Assembly (NCBI RefSeq): GCF_009834535.1
Contig: NC_045697.1
Coordinates: 66,714,001 to 66,778,000 of the forward strand
Length of the DNA stretch: 64,000 nt
Origin: Camelus ferus
Taxonomy: Eukaryota
Direction: 5' to 3'
The position numbers and the translations under genes were made by a program. How positions within the stretch are numbered: position 1 is the stretch's first letter; every line of letters begins with the position of its first letter. Shown here in pieces: positions 39,454 through 52,407 of the stretch. The notes under the pieces are model-generated. The model made no database searches. It saw nothing but the letters and a program-made list of their open reading frames with translations, and was not told the DNA's origin.

Positions 39454-40855
39454 CAGCGGCCCTCAAAGTGTGCTCCGTGAGCCCCTGGGAGGTCTCCAAG
39501 GACCTTTGAGGGCATTTGTGAATTCAAAACTATTTCCATAAAAATACCAAGACGTTACTTGCCTTTTTCACTGTGCTGACCCTTGCTCCCATGGTTCAGA
39601 ACCAATCGTAGGGAAAACTGTTGGCATCTCAGCACCAACCAAGGTAGTGGCAGCAGACTGACAATTCACCATTGTGTTTTTCACTGCCAGACCCTAGAAT
39701 AAGAAAAACAAAAAATGGACATTTAACTTAAAAAAATGTCCTTGATAAAAGTAGTGGAAATTATCACTTCATTAAGTCTCAGCACGAGTGCATGCCTTAC
39801 TTTAATATTCTTTGTGATGAGGTGGAAGTGTGCTTGTCCTGCTGCTGCATACTGAAGGACGATGGTTTTCCTCGACAAATTGTTGCCAAACTAGTTCCTT
39901 TTTAATGAGTCGTCATTTGAAGTTGAAAGAGTGGCTGACAGACTGACAATTTAGACTTGGATACTTGGTGGACATTTTCTTGAAAATAATAAAGTGAGCC
40001 TATCAAGGAAAACAATGGACAGTATTTATACTGCTGGTCAAATTTGAGCTTTCAGGTGAAAATTCAAATAAAAACTCAAAATGTTGGAAAACTTGAATTG
40101 CCACCGTGAGCTTGAGTGTATAAATATTTAAATTTTTTTGGATGATCTGGTTCTGATATTAACAGATGTGATTTTTTTTATTATTGTATAAGGAAATATG
40201 TTAACATTTGCAAATTCTGCTTGAACCAATGAACGGATATTTTCGAAAGGATCAATGTATAATGTTATAAAACTACGCATGGATGAAAGAACCACTCAAA
40301 GTGCAAGGTAGTAGAATTGGTTTCAAGTTAAAAGAATACAAATATTTCATTGTGATGGTTCAGATTCTACATTGCAGCTAAACTTTCAGAAACTACTCCA
40401 TGTTGAGTTTTGGTGTAGTATCAAGGAAGAATATCCACAATATCTGAAAAGACTTTTCAAGTATTTCCCCTGTTTTCAGTTCTCTTTATCTGTGAGGGAC
40501 TGGATTGTCCTCATAGACTTCAACCACAAGAACTTATCCCAGCATATTGAATGCAGCAGCATAGTTGAGAATCTATCTTCTGTTAAGCCAGACACCTCTC
40601 ACCAAATTATTATTTGAAGAAATGTGGTTATTTTCCATGAAAATATTTATGGTAACATATAATAGATTTGTTCCTTTTATTTTAAAATGAATTAATGAAT
40701 ATTTTATAAATGTCTGTTTTCATTTCTAATATGGTAAATAAATAAACCCCAAAACATACATAAACAAAAATAAACATAAACCAAAGTTCTTTGGGATCCT
40801 TAATATTTCTTAAGAATATGAAAAACTCCTGAGACCAAAAAGTTTGGGGATACTG
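39454..40855 (+). mobile_element. Near-full-length Charlie1a-like hAT DNA transposon
   Basis: Termini cagcggccctcaaagtgtg and gagaccaaaaagtttggggatactg, with internal tcaaaactatttccata and aaggtagtggca. ORF 40372-40617 (EFWCSIKEEYPQ) resembles the hAT C-terminal dimerisation region. Confidence 0.9.
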
Positions 40856-41722
40856 CTCTCGAGTCCGGGTTAGAGTGGGCCTCTGTGCCAAGTGATACTG
40901 CTTAACATATTAGTGTTGTCTCAGTAGAATTGTTACCACTTCATTTTTTCATCTATTGATGGATTCAACACACAGTTATTGTGTCCCTTCTATCCTCCAG
41001 ATACCTGGCTAGGTGGTGGGAGTTACTTCAAGTAAAGAATCTGTCCCCTGCTTATTTTAAAGCTCCTCTAAAGGCAGATCCATGTATTTGTTACCCTTTT
41101 TATTTCCCTAATTTTAGTAAAGTCATTCAATATTTGGTTTCTTCTTTCCTGTCATCTTCAACTTTATGGATATGAAGATGTAGCCGGTGGTTGGTTTTCA
41201 TGTTTTTGTCATTTGTTACTATGGCATAGATTGACTAATATTTGGACAAGTATTTCATTTTTTCACTCCCCTTTCTTGCTGGCATATTTGAAAGTATGGA
41301 AGAGGTATATATCTTTGTGATATTTTGTATATATGTAGTTATGTACAGATAGTAGGGATAAGAGACAAGAATAGCATGAGAAAAAGATGGAAGGTTTTAT
41401 CAAGGTATTTACAGTGTTTTTCAGAGCTTTCCTCTGATTTTTGCAGGGCCCACAGCAAGAGGATGAATAGAGAACTACATATCGTGTTAAAATGTTTAAA
41501 AGTTAATACATTAACACCCTGTTAAGTAAAATGTTTATTCTCACGCTCTGACAAATTTGCCATTTAACCAACAATTAGGAAAATATATGTAAAGCAACAG
41601 TTTATGCCAAGTAACTGTACATAGCACAAATTTGAAATGATTATCTTTCCACCAAGGACTGTGGTTTATTCTAGGGAGACCCAGCAGCATTTACTAGACA
41701 AGAGAAGGATAGACTAAGAACA

Positions 41723-42055
41723 TTTATCTCGTTTTTTGTTCTTCTAGCCTCTTCTTCCAAACTTTTGACAAATCCAGAGAAAACATTCACTCTCTCTTCC
41801 CTTCTATGAGAGGAGGCTCTTTCAACCCCACCTACAGTTGCTAATCTACCTTGTGCTGTTTCCTTAAGCTCACTGTCCAAGACTTCAAATAAATGCCCAA
41901 GGGAGGAGTCTGAAGAGTTCCTCTTCAATCTTCAGCAAGCCGTGCAAGAAGTGTCCCTCTCTGGCAACATTGCTCTTTTGAGTTTTTCAAATGAAACAAG
42001 TTGGAAGGCCTGGTTTCAATGTAGAGCTCTCAGAATTACCAGAATTTCGTGTTAA
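41723..42055 (+). mobile_element. Possible ancient RTE-clade (L4-like) LINE endonuclease remnant
   Basis: Manual translation gives ...EESEEFLFNLQQAVQEVSLSGNIALLSFSNE, then QVGR after a frameshift. This resembles the RTE APE motif EEFY..LQ....V...D..ILLGDFNA.VG. Confidence 0.35.
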
Positions 42056-44241
42056 ACTCCTGCTGCCTTGGGAGAGAGGACCCGTGGCCCACCACCCTTG
42101 TTCCCCGTGCCCACTGCGCCACGGGGGACTTACCTTGCTCGTGTGTGGACATCTCAGCCCTCTTGTCCGAACTCTGTCTCGGATGGCCAGTAACTGATGG
42201 CTCTTGGCCATCCGAAGGAGGTACACGCAGGTTCTTTGCAAAGAGAGTTCCGGGGCCTTAGGCTTGCGGAGTGTGGCACTTCTGTACATGTGACAATGTA
42301 GTGAAATTTGCATTTTATTTCTATTGATAATTTGGATTTACAGTGCTTTTTTTTTTTTTTCTGAAGAAATATTTTTAGGTTTCCAGAATAATAATACTGT
42401 CTGCAGAGAAGTTATGGATCAAGTTGGGAATTGTATGGAAATACCTATATTGTTTTTGGAAAGTATTTTTAAAAGGAGTGAATGGTTAAATTTAAAAGTA
42501 ACTAATAATAGTTCTATAAAACCAATAATGAAGCCATTTACTCACTTTAAAAAAAATTCTGGTCTCAGGCCTGTAAAGTGCTATTTAGTAGCAGGGGGCA
42601 GGCGGGCGGGCTAGTCACTACTAACCATACAGTACTCTAGTTGTTTCTCAGAGTTAATATTAACTACTACAGATTTGTAATTTATAATGTGAAAGTATTT
42701 TAGTCACTGGGATTACCTGGATTATTTAGTATTCTGCGCCTCTGAAATATTGAATGGCTCCTTGTTCGTGGAATTATATAAACTTTTGGGGCAGCTATTT
42801 TGGGAGTTATTTTATACAGCTGAATTGTCTTTTAATCATACCGTTTTTCTAGAATAATAACAACAACAACAACAGCAAAACCCCAGGATTTGATTTTGGC
42901 TTGTATCAACAAATCAACATAGTGGGTAAGAAATGGGCCCTGAACTGGAAGAGTTAATCTTCAAGTTCAGCTGGAGCTGTGTTTACTGATCCTTTTCTGC
43001 TTCTTGTTAATTGGCACCTCAGACTCTGTACTAATTAATGGGAGAGCAAGGGGCAGGTGGTGCCGTTTTACTTTGATAATCCTTGTCAGCAATGTGTAAT
43101 CTTCTTGTTTAATTATAATGAATGTGCATTTGGGGTGCATAAACTTTCAACAGCTTTCTTCACTGGAAGTTCACTGGGCAAGGACAGTTTTGCAGTTGTG
43201 AGACACTGCTGCAGATTGCATACAAAGCCAGTTGTTTGACCATTTTTGTTATTCAGCTCTTACCAATGGAAGTCACTAATGTACGTACCATGTGCTTCTT
43301 TAAAACTAGGTAACTATCCAGAGACATAAAAGAAATCTGTGCTTCCTTTAATTCTGCCTTTTTTTTTTTTGAGTGAGGATGAGAAATTTTGTTTAAATAG
43401 GAACATTTAATTTTAAAAGTACTTAATGGATGAAAATATTAGAGTAATGTTTTCTCTGGAAGGAAGAGCCTAGGCAGGAAGTCAAAATAAATGGAACTGA
43501 TTTACTTAAGAATTTGCAAGTTTTAGCTGTGAAATGACTAGATAAATGATTCTGTTGGAGAGTAGGTACCTACTAGCAGATGCATATTTTGCTCATTTCC
43601 ATTTTAAAGAGATGGTTATGCTTTCAAGTACAAAGGTAGGTTTAGGTAAAATAAATTCGTAATAGTTTTGAAGTTTGGGGACCAGTCTTCAAGTTGGGTT
43701 CCAAGCAATGCATTATTTATTTGGGGGAAGTGGGAGAAAAAGAGGGAGGAAGAAGTTAAAGAAACAACAACAACAAAAAACACCTCCTTGGCTGTTAATA
43801 CCTTGAAACTTCGTGAAAAGGAAATAACACCCAATTTATAAGAACTCCAGTGTAAACAAACAGGAGCTATGACAGGAAGTAGCACCAGGGCCAGTTTGTA
43901 AGACTTGGTCCATGTTCATATTTCAGATAAAACTTCCTGTACATACTTCTAGCCATTTTGGGCCAGACCAAAACCAAAATAAATCTTCCTCATGGTAAAA
44001 GGAGGCATTTCAATTGAGTGATTTTTTTGAAAAATCAGAAACAGTTACTTTTGCTATGAGTACCTTGATAAAATTTAATTTGAGTGTTATTTCAGATAAA
44101 AGTATAGATTTATATAAACTTGGATGTTAATTATATACTTAGAGTTTTCATATGTAATAATGAAGTTTTATTATAATATGTTTGTGCTTCATCAGAGAAT
44201 CTTGACCTAATTTAAATTTACATTATAATGAAAATCCGTAT

Positions 44242-44439
44242 CTGTGGTTCTCAACCCAGGATTAGTTTTGGCAATGTCAGGAGACATTTTGAATTTTTAC
44301 CACTAGGAAGGGGTACTACTGGCATCCAGTGAGTAGAAATGATGGATGCTGCTAGACATCCTAAAATGCACAGGACAGTCCCCCACAAAAAAGAATTATG
44401 TGGCCCCAAGTGTTAGGATTTTGGGGATTGAGAAATCTG
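44242..44439. mobile_element. MER20 hAT MITE
   Basis: gtggttctcaacc...ttggcaatgtcaggagacatttt...ctactggcatccagtgagtaga...ggatgctgcta...atgcacaggacagtccccca...ttgagaaa. Confidence 0.92.
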
Positions 44440-44649
44440 CCCCAGTAATGATGCCTTCTACTGTTGAAACACTCACATTTATAATCAGTGGATTGTGAAG
44501 ATGATGGAGATTTTGTGAAGAAATGCTATACAATTAAGGAAACAGTTATACGTAGTTAGGCAGGTATGGGGTTGACTGATAAATAGAGCAGCTTCCTAAT
44601 TTTTTTTCCCTCTCCCTTTCATATTGTAGTTTTCATCCTGCAGGAATGA

Positions 44650-44817
44650 AAAAACTCGCTATGTGAGATGATGATTGTTAACTAAAATAATGTAAATTAA
44701 ATGGTTAGCTAAAATGTAGTCATCATGTAGCAATGTGTATATATAGCAAATCCTTATGCTGTACACCTTAAACTAATAGTGTTATGTCGATAATTTCTAA
44801 AGAAAACTGGAGAAAAA
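44650..44817 (+). mobile_element. L1MA9/10-like 3' end
   Basis: atgtgagatgatg...ttatgctgtacaccttaaac...gttatgtc...aaaactggagaaaaa. Confidence 0.7.
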
Positions 44818-46298
44818 TGTGACTCAGGGGAAATAGTCTGAAATATGGGAAATAGCAGTTAAAATTCTTTATAGATTTCTCTTTGAGTTTTTAACTGAAT
44901 ATAAATTCAAAATTGAAGAAAGTATTTACTTGACTAAGAAGGAATACAGTGTGACCAGTATGATGTTTGGTGCCATATTACATGCTGTTGTGTTTATGAG
45001 GCCCGTGTGATTTCCTTGGTGTGGAGTACCTACGTACATGTTAGAGAGTTCCAAGAGGATTTTAACCCAGTAGCTCAATTCAGGCCACAGTTCATCTGAT
45101 TGGAAAAATTTGTCCTCATCTTTTATTCATACATGATTTTTTGTTAACCTATGATCAGTATCTAATATTTAAATTGAGTATTTGATTTACGATGAAAACA
45201 GTAACTGGATCCCAGATGAAACAGTTCACCTTTCGTCTGCTCAGTATCTGCCTTTCATAACATTAATACAACTAAATATATGCTGAATAGCCTGGACCAA
45301 ATGCCGTTTTTGGCATTCTGGTATCCATCACTGGTCTTCTTAAAGTCTCTAAATTAGTTCGTACTGACTTCCATATATAATAAGGCAGACACACTATGTC
45401 AAAATTTAAAAATTAGGTAATATCCTTATATATGCAATATATAGTGCATATGTAAGTGATGGAGCATAAAATATTTCTGAACCCACCACTGTCCCTAAGA
45501 AACTTAAAATTAATATTGTTAGTGCTGTGTGAATATTGGCTGAAATAGGGATGTTTGCTTTTTGAACTGGTCTATTTTCAGGTATTATTGGTAAAGCACA
45601 TTATATTTAAAGAGCTCAGCAGAAAAGTTAATGCATATTGAGTGTATAAAAAGTGAGAAAGATTTCTGTTAACATGTATATTCCCCAAAATAGCTTTCTA
45701 AATAAATGAGAAGTAACTTGTTGAAAAACAGTTCAGTAAATTTTTATGTCTTAGACCCTGGGAGAGAAGAAATAGGACGGGCACTGTGGCCAGCAGTGCT
45801 GTAGGGAGCTTGTTAGGTGGCAGGAGACTTTGCAGAAACACGGAGGCTCATTCAGCTTGGGAGCTGTAGTATATTTTATAAGGAAACCTGTGTGTAAAAA
45901 TAGATGCTGAATGAAACTTCTTTTAGAGTACAGGGCCATATGGTTGTTAAAGGGCCACTTTGTTTTACTGGAAAGAAAATACGAAAACTCCCCATTTGGA
46001 AGCAAGTCTTAGGTAGTGGCTGTTAGAAAATCTCTTTTTGTACACTGTTACTGGTAAGTGTTCCAAAACAGTTGTTTTCTAACCACACAGATGAAGTAAC
46101 TGCCTTAATCAGCATTTCTCAAATTCTATTAGACTGTGCTTCTTCTAGAATGATATTAGAAATCATATATAAGTTTTTATCAGAGTTTTTTCCTATGAAT
46201 TTTGGCAGGTATTCAATATTCAAGACAAAATATGAAATTGTAGGAAATTATCTTGAAGACCTAGGTGACCTTTGCTATTTATTCTTTAAAAAGTCACA

Positions 46299-46570
46299 AA
46301 TTCATGGTTTCCATAGAGGAAAGCTGGAGTGGGAGGAGGGATAAATTAGGTGTTTGGGATTAATATATACACATTACTATATATAAAATTGATAAACAAC
46401 AAGGACCTACTGTATAGCACAGGGAACTATATTCAGTATTTTGTAATAACCTGTAATGGAAAAGCAGAATCTGAAAAAGAATATGTACATGTATTTGCAT
46501 AACTGAATCACTTTGCTGTACACCTGAGACTCACACACCACCATAAGTTAACTATACTTCAATTAAAAAA
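46299..46570 (+). mobile_element. Cetartiodactyl-type L1 3' end with poly-A
   Basis: gggataaattagg...aacaaggacctactgtatagcacagggaactatattca...ctatacttcaatt followed by poly-A. Target-site duplication aaaaagtcaca at 46288-46298 and 46571-46581, at a TTT/AAAA site. Confidence 0.92.
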
Positions 46571-47499
46571 AAAAAGTCACATGATACACCCAGTCCAGAG
46601 TTTTGATGACAGGAAAATATTTTTATTTCTGTGATGTTTATAAGTACATGTACTTGCAAGTCCATTTCTGTGGCATCAGTGCAATTTGTGAAATTAGAGT
46701 TTATAAAAAAAATAGGGAATTGAGTTCTAAATGGGATTTTATTAAAATGATATTAAAATAGTACATACCATAAAACTACTGTTGCTAGTTTAAATGAGTC
46801 AGATTTAATTTAAAGTCCATTTTCCTTATGACAGAGGTAAGGAGAGCAACCTGACTTATTGCAGGAAGGGCTGTTTTATGGGTTACCAGCGGTGTCTTGG
46901 AGCTCAGAGTAAATGCAGACGACTCAGTAGGATCATACTGTAAAGTTACAGTTGAGAAAAACCCTGAAGGCTTTCTTTACTCCCATAAGCACAGTAAGTG
47001 TATCTTTCTTACAGTAAGGTTGCCACTAACTGTATTCTCCTTTATATGAGAGTATTTCCCACTTCCAATGAAAAGCCCATAGGGCTCAAAATAAATGAAA
47101 CCTAACATGTTTCCAGTTTAAACCCCCACCCCCAACTTTCCTCCTAACCTTTCTTCCCTCTCCTCAGAGACCTCTGCCTTCTATGAAGCACATGCCTGCC
47201 AACAAAACTTCTAGTTTGGTAAAATGTTTTCAATTTATGTGTTCTTTCCAACTCTTATGTCAGAGATCCTTGAACTTACTTCAGATCTAGAAGCAATGAT
47301 GGCAAGCCTTCAACACTCACTTTTAAAATGTGTTTATATGTGTTTGTGTAATACATTTTCTGGATCTCTGGCTTTGAAACATATGCCGCAAATGAAACAG
47401 ACCTCTCACACAAAATATCATATACATATGCATGCTTATGCACATGAATGAGAAAGTATATGTTACAAGAAGTCCTAATGTGCTGTATGTTGCAAGTCA

Positions 47500-47658
47500 C
47501 AAGCTTTCACATATGATACGTCATTTATTCAGTATGATGGTATTATGAGGAATGAGAGGATTTCTGTTTTCTAGCGAGAACTGATGCTAAAAGGTATTAA
47601 TTGCAGTAGAGCTGAAATCTGTGACCCCTAGTCCAAGGCACTTTTCATTAGACTATAC
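47500..47658 (-). mobile_element. Degenerate MIR
   Basis: gctttcacatat...gcagtagagctgaaa...tgacccctagtccaaggcacttttcatta. Confidence 0.5.
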
Positions 47659-48240
47659 TAAAAATTCTATTTTAAAATCCAGCAAGATGACACTGCTTAT
47701 TTAATAGTACTGTTGATTTCAGAATTGCTGAATCTGTGTGTAATTTAGCCCATGGGGCCAACACTCTTAGCTACTTGAATAATGACTCTAGTAACTAATG
47801 TATTAGAGTCTGTATTTGCACACTGCATGTTCTTTGTCCTATAAAGGAAGAAGTAATATTAATTTATTTGATCTTGCTTTTAGAAAACTTCCTTTTCTCT
47901 TTCATGATGACAGATGATCTTGACAACTGAAGATATTTCTTGCATTTCAGATTAAAATTGTATCTGCCGGGTCTGTGTCTTTCAGGGTTCCCCACACCCT
48001 CTGGGATTCTACTGGCTGTCTCCTCCTTCCCAGGGCAGTGCTAGGGAGAACTTAAGAAGCCCCCTGGGATTTGGAAGAGGTGTGTCCACTCCTGGTACTT
48101 TCCTCTGTAACCCACAGCCTCTGCTGCTGTGAGGGTTGCCCACCTGGTTACTCAGTCTGTGGTCCAAACCATTCTAGAACATGATTTACAAGGGTTTATT
48201 GTATCTGTAAGTACAATACAAACACAGATCATCCAGTTTA

Positions 48241-48945
48241 TTTCATTCATTCCATAAATACCAATTGTGCTAGTTGTGCACCAGGCACAGTTACTGATGC
48301 TTTGGATAGTGTAGTGAACACGATGGAGTATCTGCTTCCAAAGTGCTGATATTCAGGAGGAGATGGACATCAAATACACAAACAAAGACTGTCGAGCCAC
48401 ATTGAGATAAATTGTTAGAAAAGTTGGTGGTTACTTTTCTTAGGATGGCCATGGAACTGCAATCTAAGTAATGAGAATAAGATAGAGGAACGAGTATAGG
48501 GACTGTGAAAGGAAGTGAGTGTGGTGTGTTTGAGGGGCAGGCAGAAAAGCAGCATTCGTGGGATATTTCGGACAAAGGGGAAAGTGATAGGAAATGAGGT
48601 CAAAGAAGCAGATAGCAGACAAATCATGTAGGCCACATAGTGCACGTGGTTTTGATTATAATTGAAAGTTTTATATGTGATTTACACTTTGTGCATGTTA
48701 CTTTGGTTGCTGGGTGGAGAAAGTCTGTGGCTGGGCATAGTGGAATCAGAAGACTAAAGAGTCTGTTAGACAGGTTTCTGCAAGATACATGATCATAACT
48801 TGGTCTAAAGCTTTTGCAGTGGAAGTGGTGAGAAGTGGTTTGGTTTGGGATATATTTTGGATTTAGTACTACCAGGTCTTAATATAATGGATTGGATATG
48901 AGACCTGAGAGAAAGCATTTAAGAAAGATCTCATGATTTGTGAAC
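48241..48945 (-). mobile_element. L2 fragment
   Basis: ttcattcattcc...ccaggcacagtt...gaaatgaggtca...gcagtggaagtggtgagaagtggt...ggatatattttg...atggattggatatg. Confidence 0.8.
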
Positions 48946-51939
48946 AGAAAATCTCTCTTGTGAAGAGTGGAAATGGGAGCAACTTGGCTGGCTGGCTTTC
49001 ATTCATTCACTCATTCATTTTTGTGGGAGTGTGAGGTCTCTTGACAGACTCACATTTTGCACATGAATTGTTTCCTGGAAGTTGCTTCAGAAGGTTCATA
49101 TATGCTTAGAAGAGAAAATGAATGGGATGAATTTCAGAGTCCGTTTTTAAATTTCAAAGTGGTTTTCATAAATATTTTTTTAGGAATCATTTTTTTTTGA
49201 ATATCCATTGTAGAACTGTGATCGGTGTCTCAGTTCGCTGGAACAGTCTCTTAATATCTCTTTTTACCATTGTTTTATTTGTCAAGACAAAGTAAAGAAC
49301 GTTTCTCAGATTTGTGCTATGAATTTGAAAGACAGTCTTAATTACCTATTTTAAGATAGCAAATATAATTGTTAAACATTTGTTTCAGCTTAGATGTATG
49401 ATGGCATTTTTATGTGTCACAAGTACACCTGACTGCATGTCAGGGCCCCTTGTATAATCAAAGTGTGCAGTGTATCTTCGCAGATTTTATAGAACGTAAC
49501 TTTGTTATATGGAGGTTGATATTAGAATCTTTTAATTCATAACATTTTCACCAAATGTATCATTTGATTCTATAATCTAAGGAATTCAACCCCAAATGAT
49601 TAATATAAGGAACAATCCTCATATTACAGAGAGGTATAAACTTCAGAACATAATTTTAAAGTACTTCCTTTGTAAAGTTACCAAATAACTTTCTGTCCAC
49701 ACTGAGTCCATCCACTTTAAGCATAATTCTTATCATTTCTTACTCCAGATACTTTGTATCTTATTAGTTCTGTTACTAGTATTTTTCATTTTTATGAAAA
49801 AAAATCCTTTAATGTTTATATAATTTTTAGATGACCTTAAAATTTCCTCCCGAAAGGTCTGTGTTATTTTAGATAAAAATAATAATTATCAGGATTATCC
49901 TGAATCTCATTTTTTAAAATTGTGAGTGTGCTATATAGTTATATATATTTTGAAAGTCTATACTTTTTAAAACCAAAAACAGATTTTCCTTAACTACATA
50001 CTCAGAGTTACCCACAGTCCAGGTTACTGCTTCTTTCTCTGTGGCCAGTTAAAACAAGATTAGTACTCTTTTAAGGTCACAAGACTGGCGAGCTTTGTTT
50101 GTAAAACACGATGAAAAGAAATATTTGTTTCCAAACCTAGAAGAACCTGTTTCCTAATTAACTTATTTTTTCTTATGTGCTTTGCTTTAGTAAAAAATCA
50201 AAAATAAAATTAGAAGTGAAAATACTAATTGATTCATGGATTAGTTTCTTGGAGTCTGAAATGTTCAACCAGTTATCTGATGAAAAGCATGGAGGGGAGA
50301 AAACCAAAATTTCTCCATTTCTCAGGACCAGATCCGACGTGCTTTTTCCTCACAATGTGATTCTGAGAGGGAAACCCAGCTTGCTTTATTATTCTTCTTT
50401 CCTTTTGAGCTAGATGATAAACGCTGAGCTATCACATCAAGCCTATACTGAAAATGTCCAGAGTGACAATAAACCCTTTGTGATGAAAATAGCAGAGGGT
50501 AGCTATTTACCAAGTTAAAAATCATAAACTTACTTATACATTGTAGTGTACTTTACGTGTCAGCAGTCTTCAGCTTATTGATTGGGGAAGTATGAATTAA
50601 CATGGATTATCTTAAGTAGAATATATTTTTTTTTTCATTTTAAGTCTTGTACTTTAATTTCCAAACCACACAGATGATCAGATTGGTAGATGAGATGCCT
50701 GCTTTTATGCGCAAATACGCATATATTGTCTGATATGTTCTGTACTTTTTATTGGGGGGCTGATAATTAATGATCTTTTATATGTGTATTGCTTTCTACT
50801 TGATGATAATTTTTGCTATGTCAAAGATTGTCTTGCCGAAGTAAACTTACCACAGTGGAAGACCCACCAGAGTAAAGGAAAGCATACTATTATTCAGATG
50901 AATTAACTTAATGAAGATAATTTCTTCAGTGCAGAGGCAACAGGAAGGCAGGGCCAGAAGAATTCACCCCAGGAGGTTATATATAGGATGATTGGAGACA
51001 TTCCTAAAGACAATGAGGCACTGGCATTTGTTTAAGAGAGAGGCTATTTCACTCCAGGGCTCATGCTGGAATTAACTGGTGTCATTTTGAAGGAGGGTTT
51101 TGCTAATTGGCATCTCCCAATTGTATATAATGCCAACACCTTTTTCTATTAATTATTTCCCATAAGCATAGCTCTGTAAAGCAAAACTCCTTGCAAACTT
51201 TTAAAGGTTTAAGAGGAACTGTTGCAATTTAGTTTCCAAAAGCCCTATGTGAACTATAACAGTTGGTTAGTGTTATTTGTATGATGTTTTGTTGTTTGAC
51301 GTTGGAAGCATTATGTTCATGTATTGTGGTGATGGCCTGCTGAGTAATTGCAAGGTTCATTATACTACCAAGACTGTCAAGGGGCATTTATGGATATTCA
51401 TGTGCAGTGAACCCTTGAACTTGAACTGGTCATTCTTGTCTCCCGTGGCTGGAATTGTGTTTACTCTAAATGGCAGGAGAAACTTTAATTATGAAACCAG
51501 AAAAGAGGCAAAATTATCTAAGTTTAAAGTGATAAATGGAGTGTTAAGAAATGTACCTGCAGTTTTTCCTTTCTATAAAAATATTATCTCTGCTCTCAAG
51601 GAAACTCATAATTCTAAGCTTTAAAACCTTTTAAAGATGCACTGTTTGGTGGCAAATATTTGCTTCCAAAAGTATGTGTTTCAATGTAAAAAGATATTAG
51701 AAATCCATTATTTCTACTGTAGGAATTAAATTTATGGGCCATATATTAATAAAAATTGAGAATGTTAATATGAAGTTAAAAAATAAGATCCAAATATTGC
51801 ACATTGATTTGAAAACTTTAGAAAATATGAAAGAAATTTTAAAAGCAGAATTTGAGATATGCATATATATATGCATGTATTTCTCAACCTGTACTTATGT
51901 GTCAACACTGAAGTATGTATTCAGTAGTTGCATGATCTC

Positions 51940-52068
51940 TTTATGAGTGTCCCTCCACTGGACTTTGAAGTTCTTGAGAACAGAGGTATTAATTAAGCTT
52001 ATGTATCCTATCTCTCAGTGTTCAATGCATGTTGTATGTTCAATGAAATCTTACTGAACTGAATTGAA
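51940..52068 (+). mobile_element. L2 3' tail
   Basis: ccactggactttgaagttcttgagaacaga...ttactgaactgaattgaa. Confidence 0.6.
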
Positions 52069-52407
52069 AAGAGTTGAGACAGAAGCTGACGTTTAAGAGA
52101 GAATTGCAGTTGGAAATACAAAGTTACAACTGGCATGTGAAGTACATGGAGAAGGGTAGCAAGAGATGGAATTAGAGAATTAGGTGGGGTACATCTTTCG
52201 CAATTCTGTTCTCAGGTGCTTGGACCATTTAAAGAAGGTGGTATGTTGCAGAATTTTAAAAGGCTAGTCACTCTGACAGCATTGCAGAGGATGGGAATGG
52301 AGCAGAGGTAGAAAACCAACTCTCTGATTCACTCAGGTTGGGATGTGATATCCTGGAAGCCTTGTTGAACAAAGGGGATTTTTCCCTTAAAAAAAAAAGT
52401 CTTAAAA

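Noticed and set aside
41671..41928. Minus-strand 85-aa ORF that looks like a charged helical protein
   Set aside because: No family was recognised and it has no ATG start. It is better explained as the antisense shadow of the + strand open frame.
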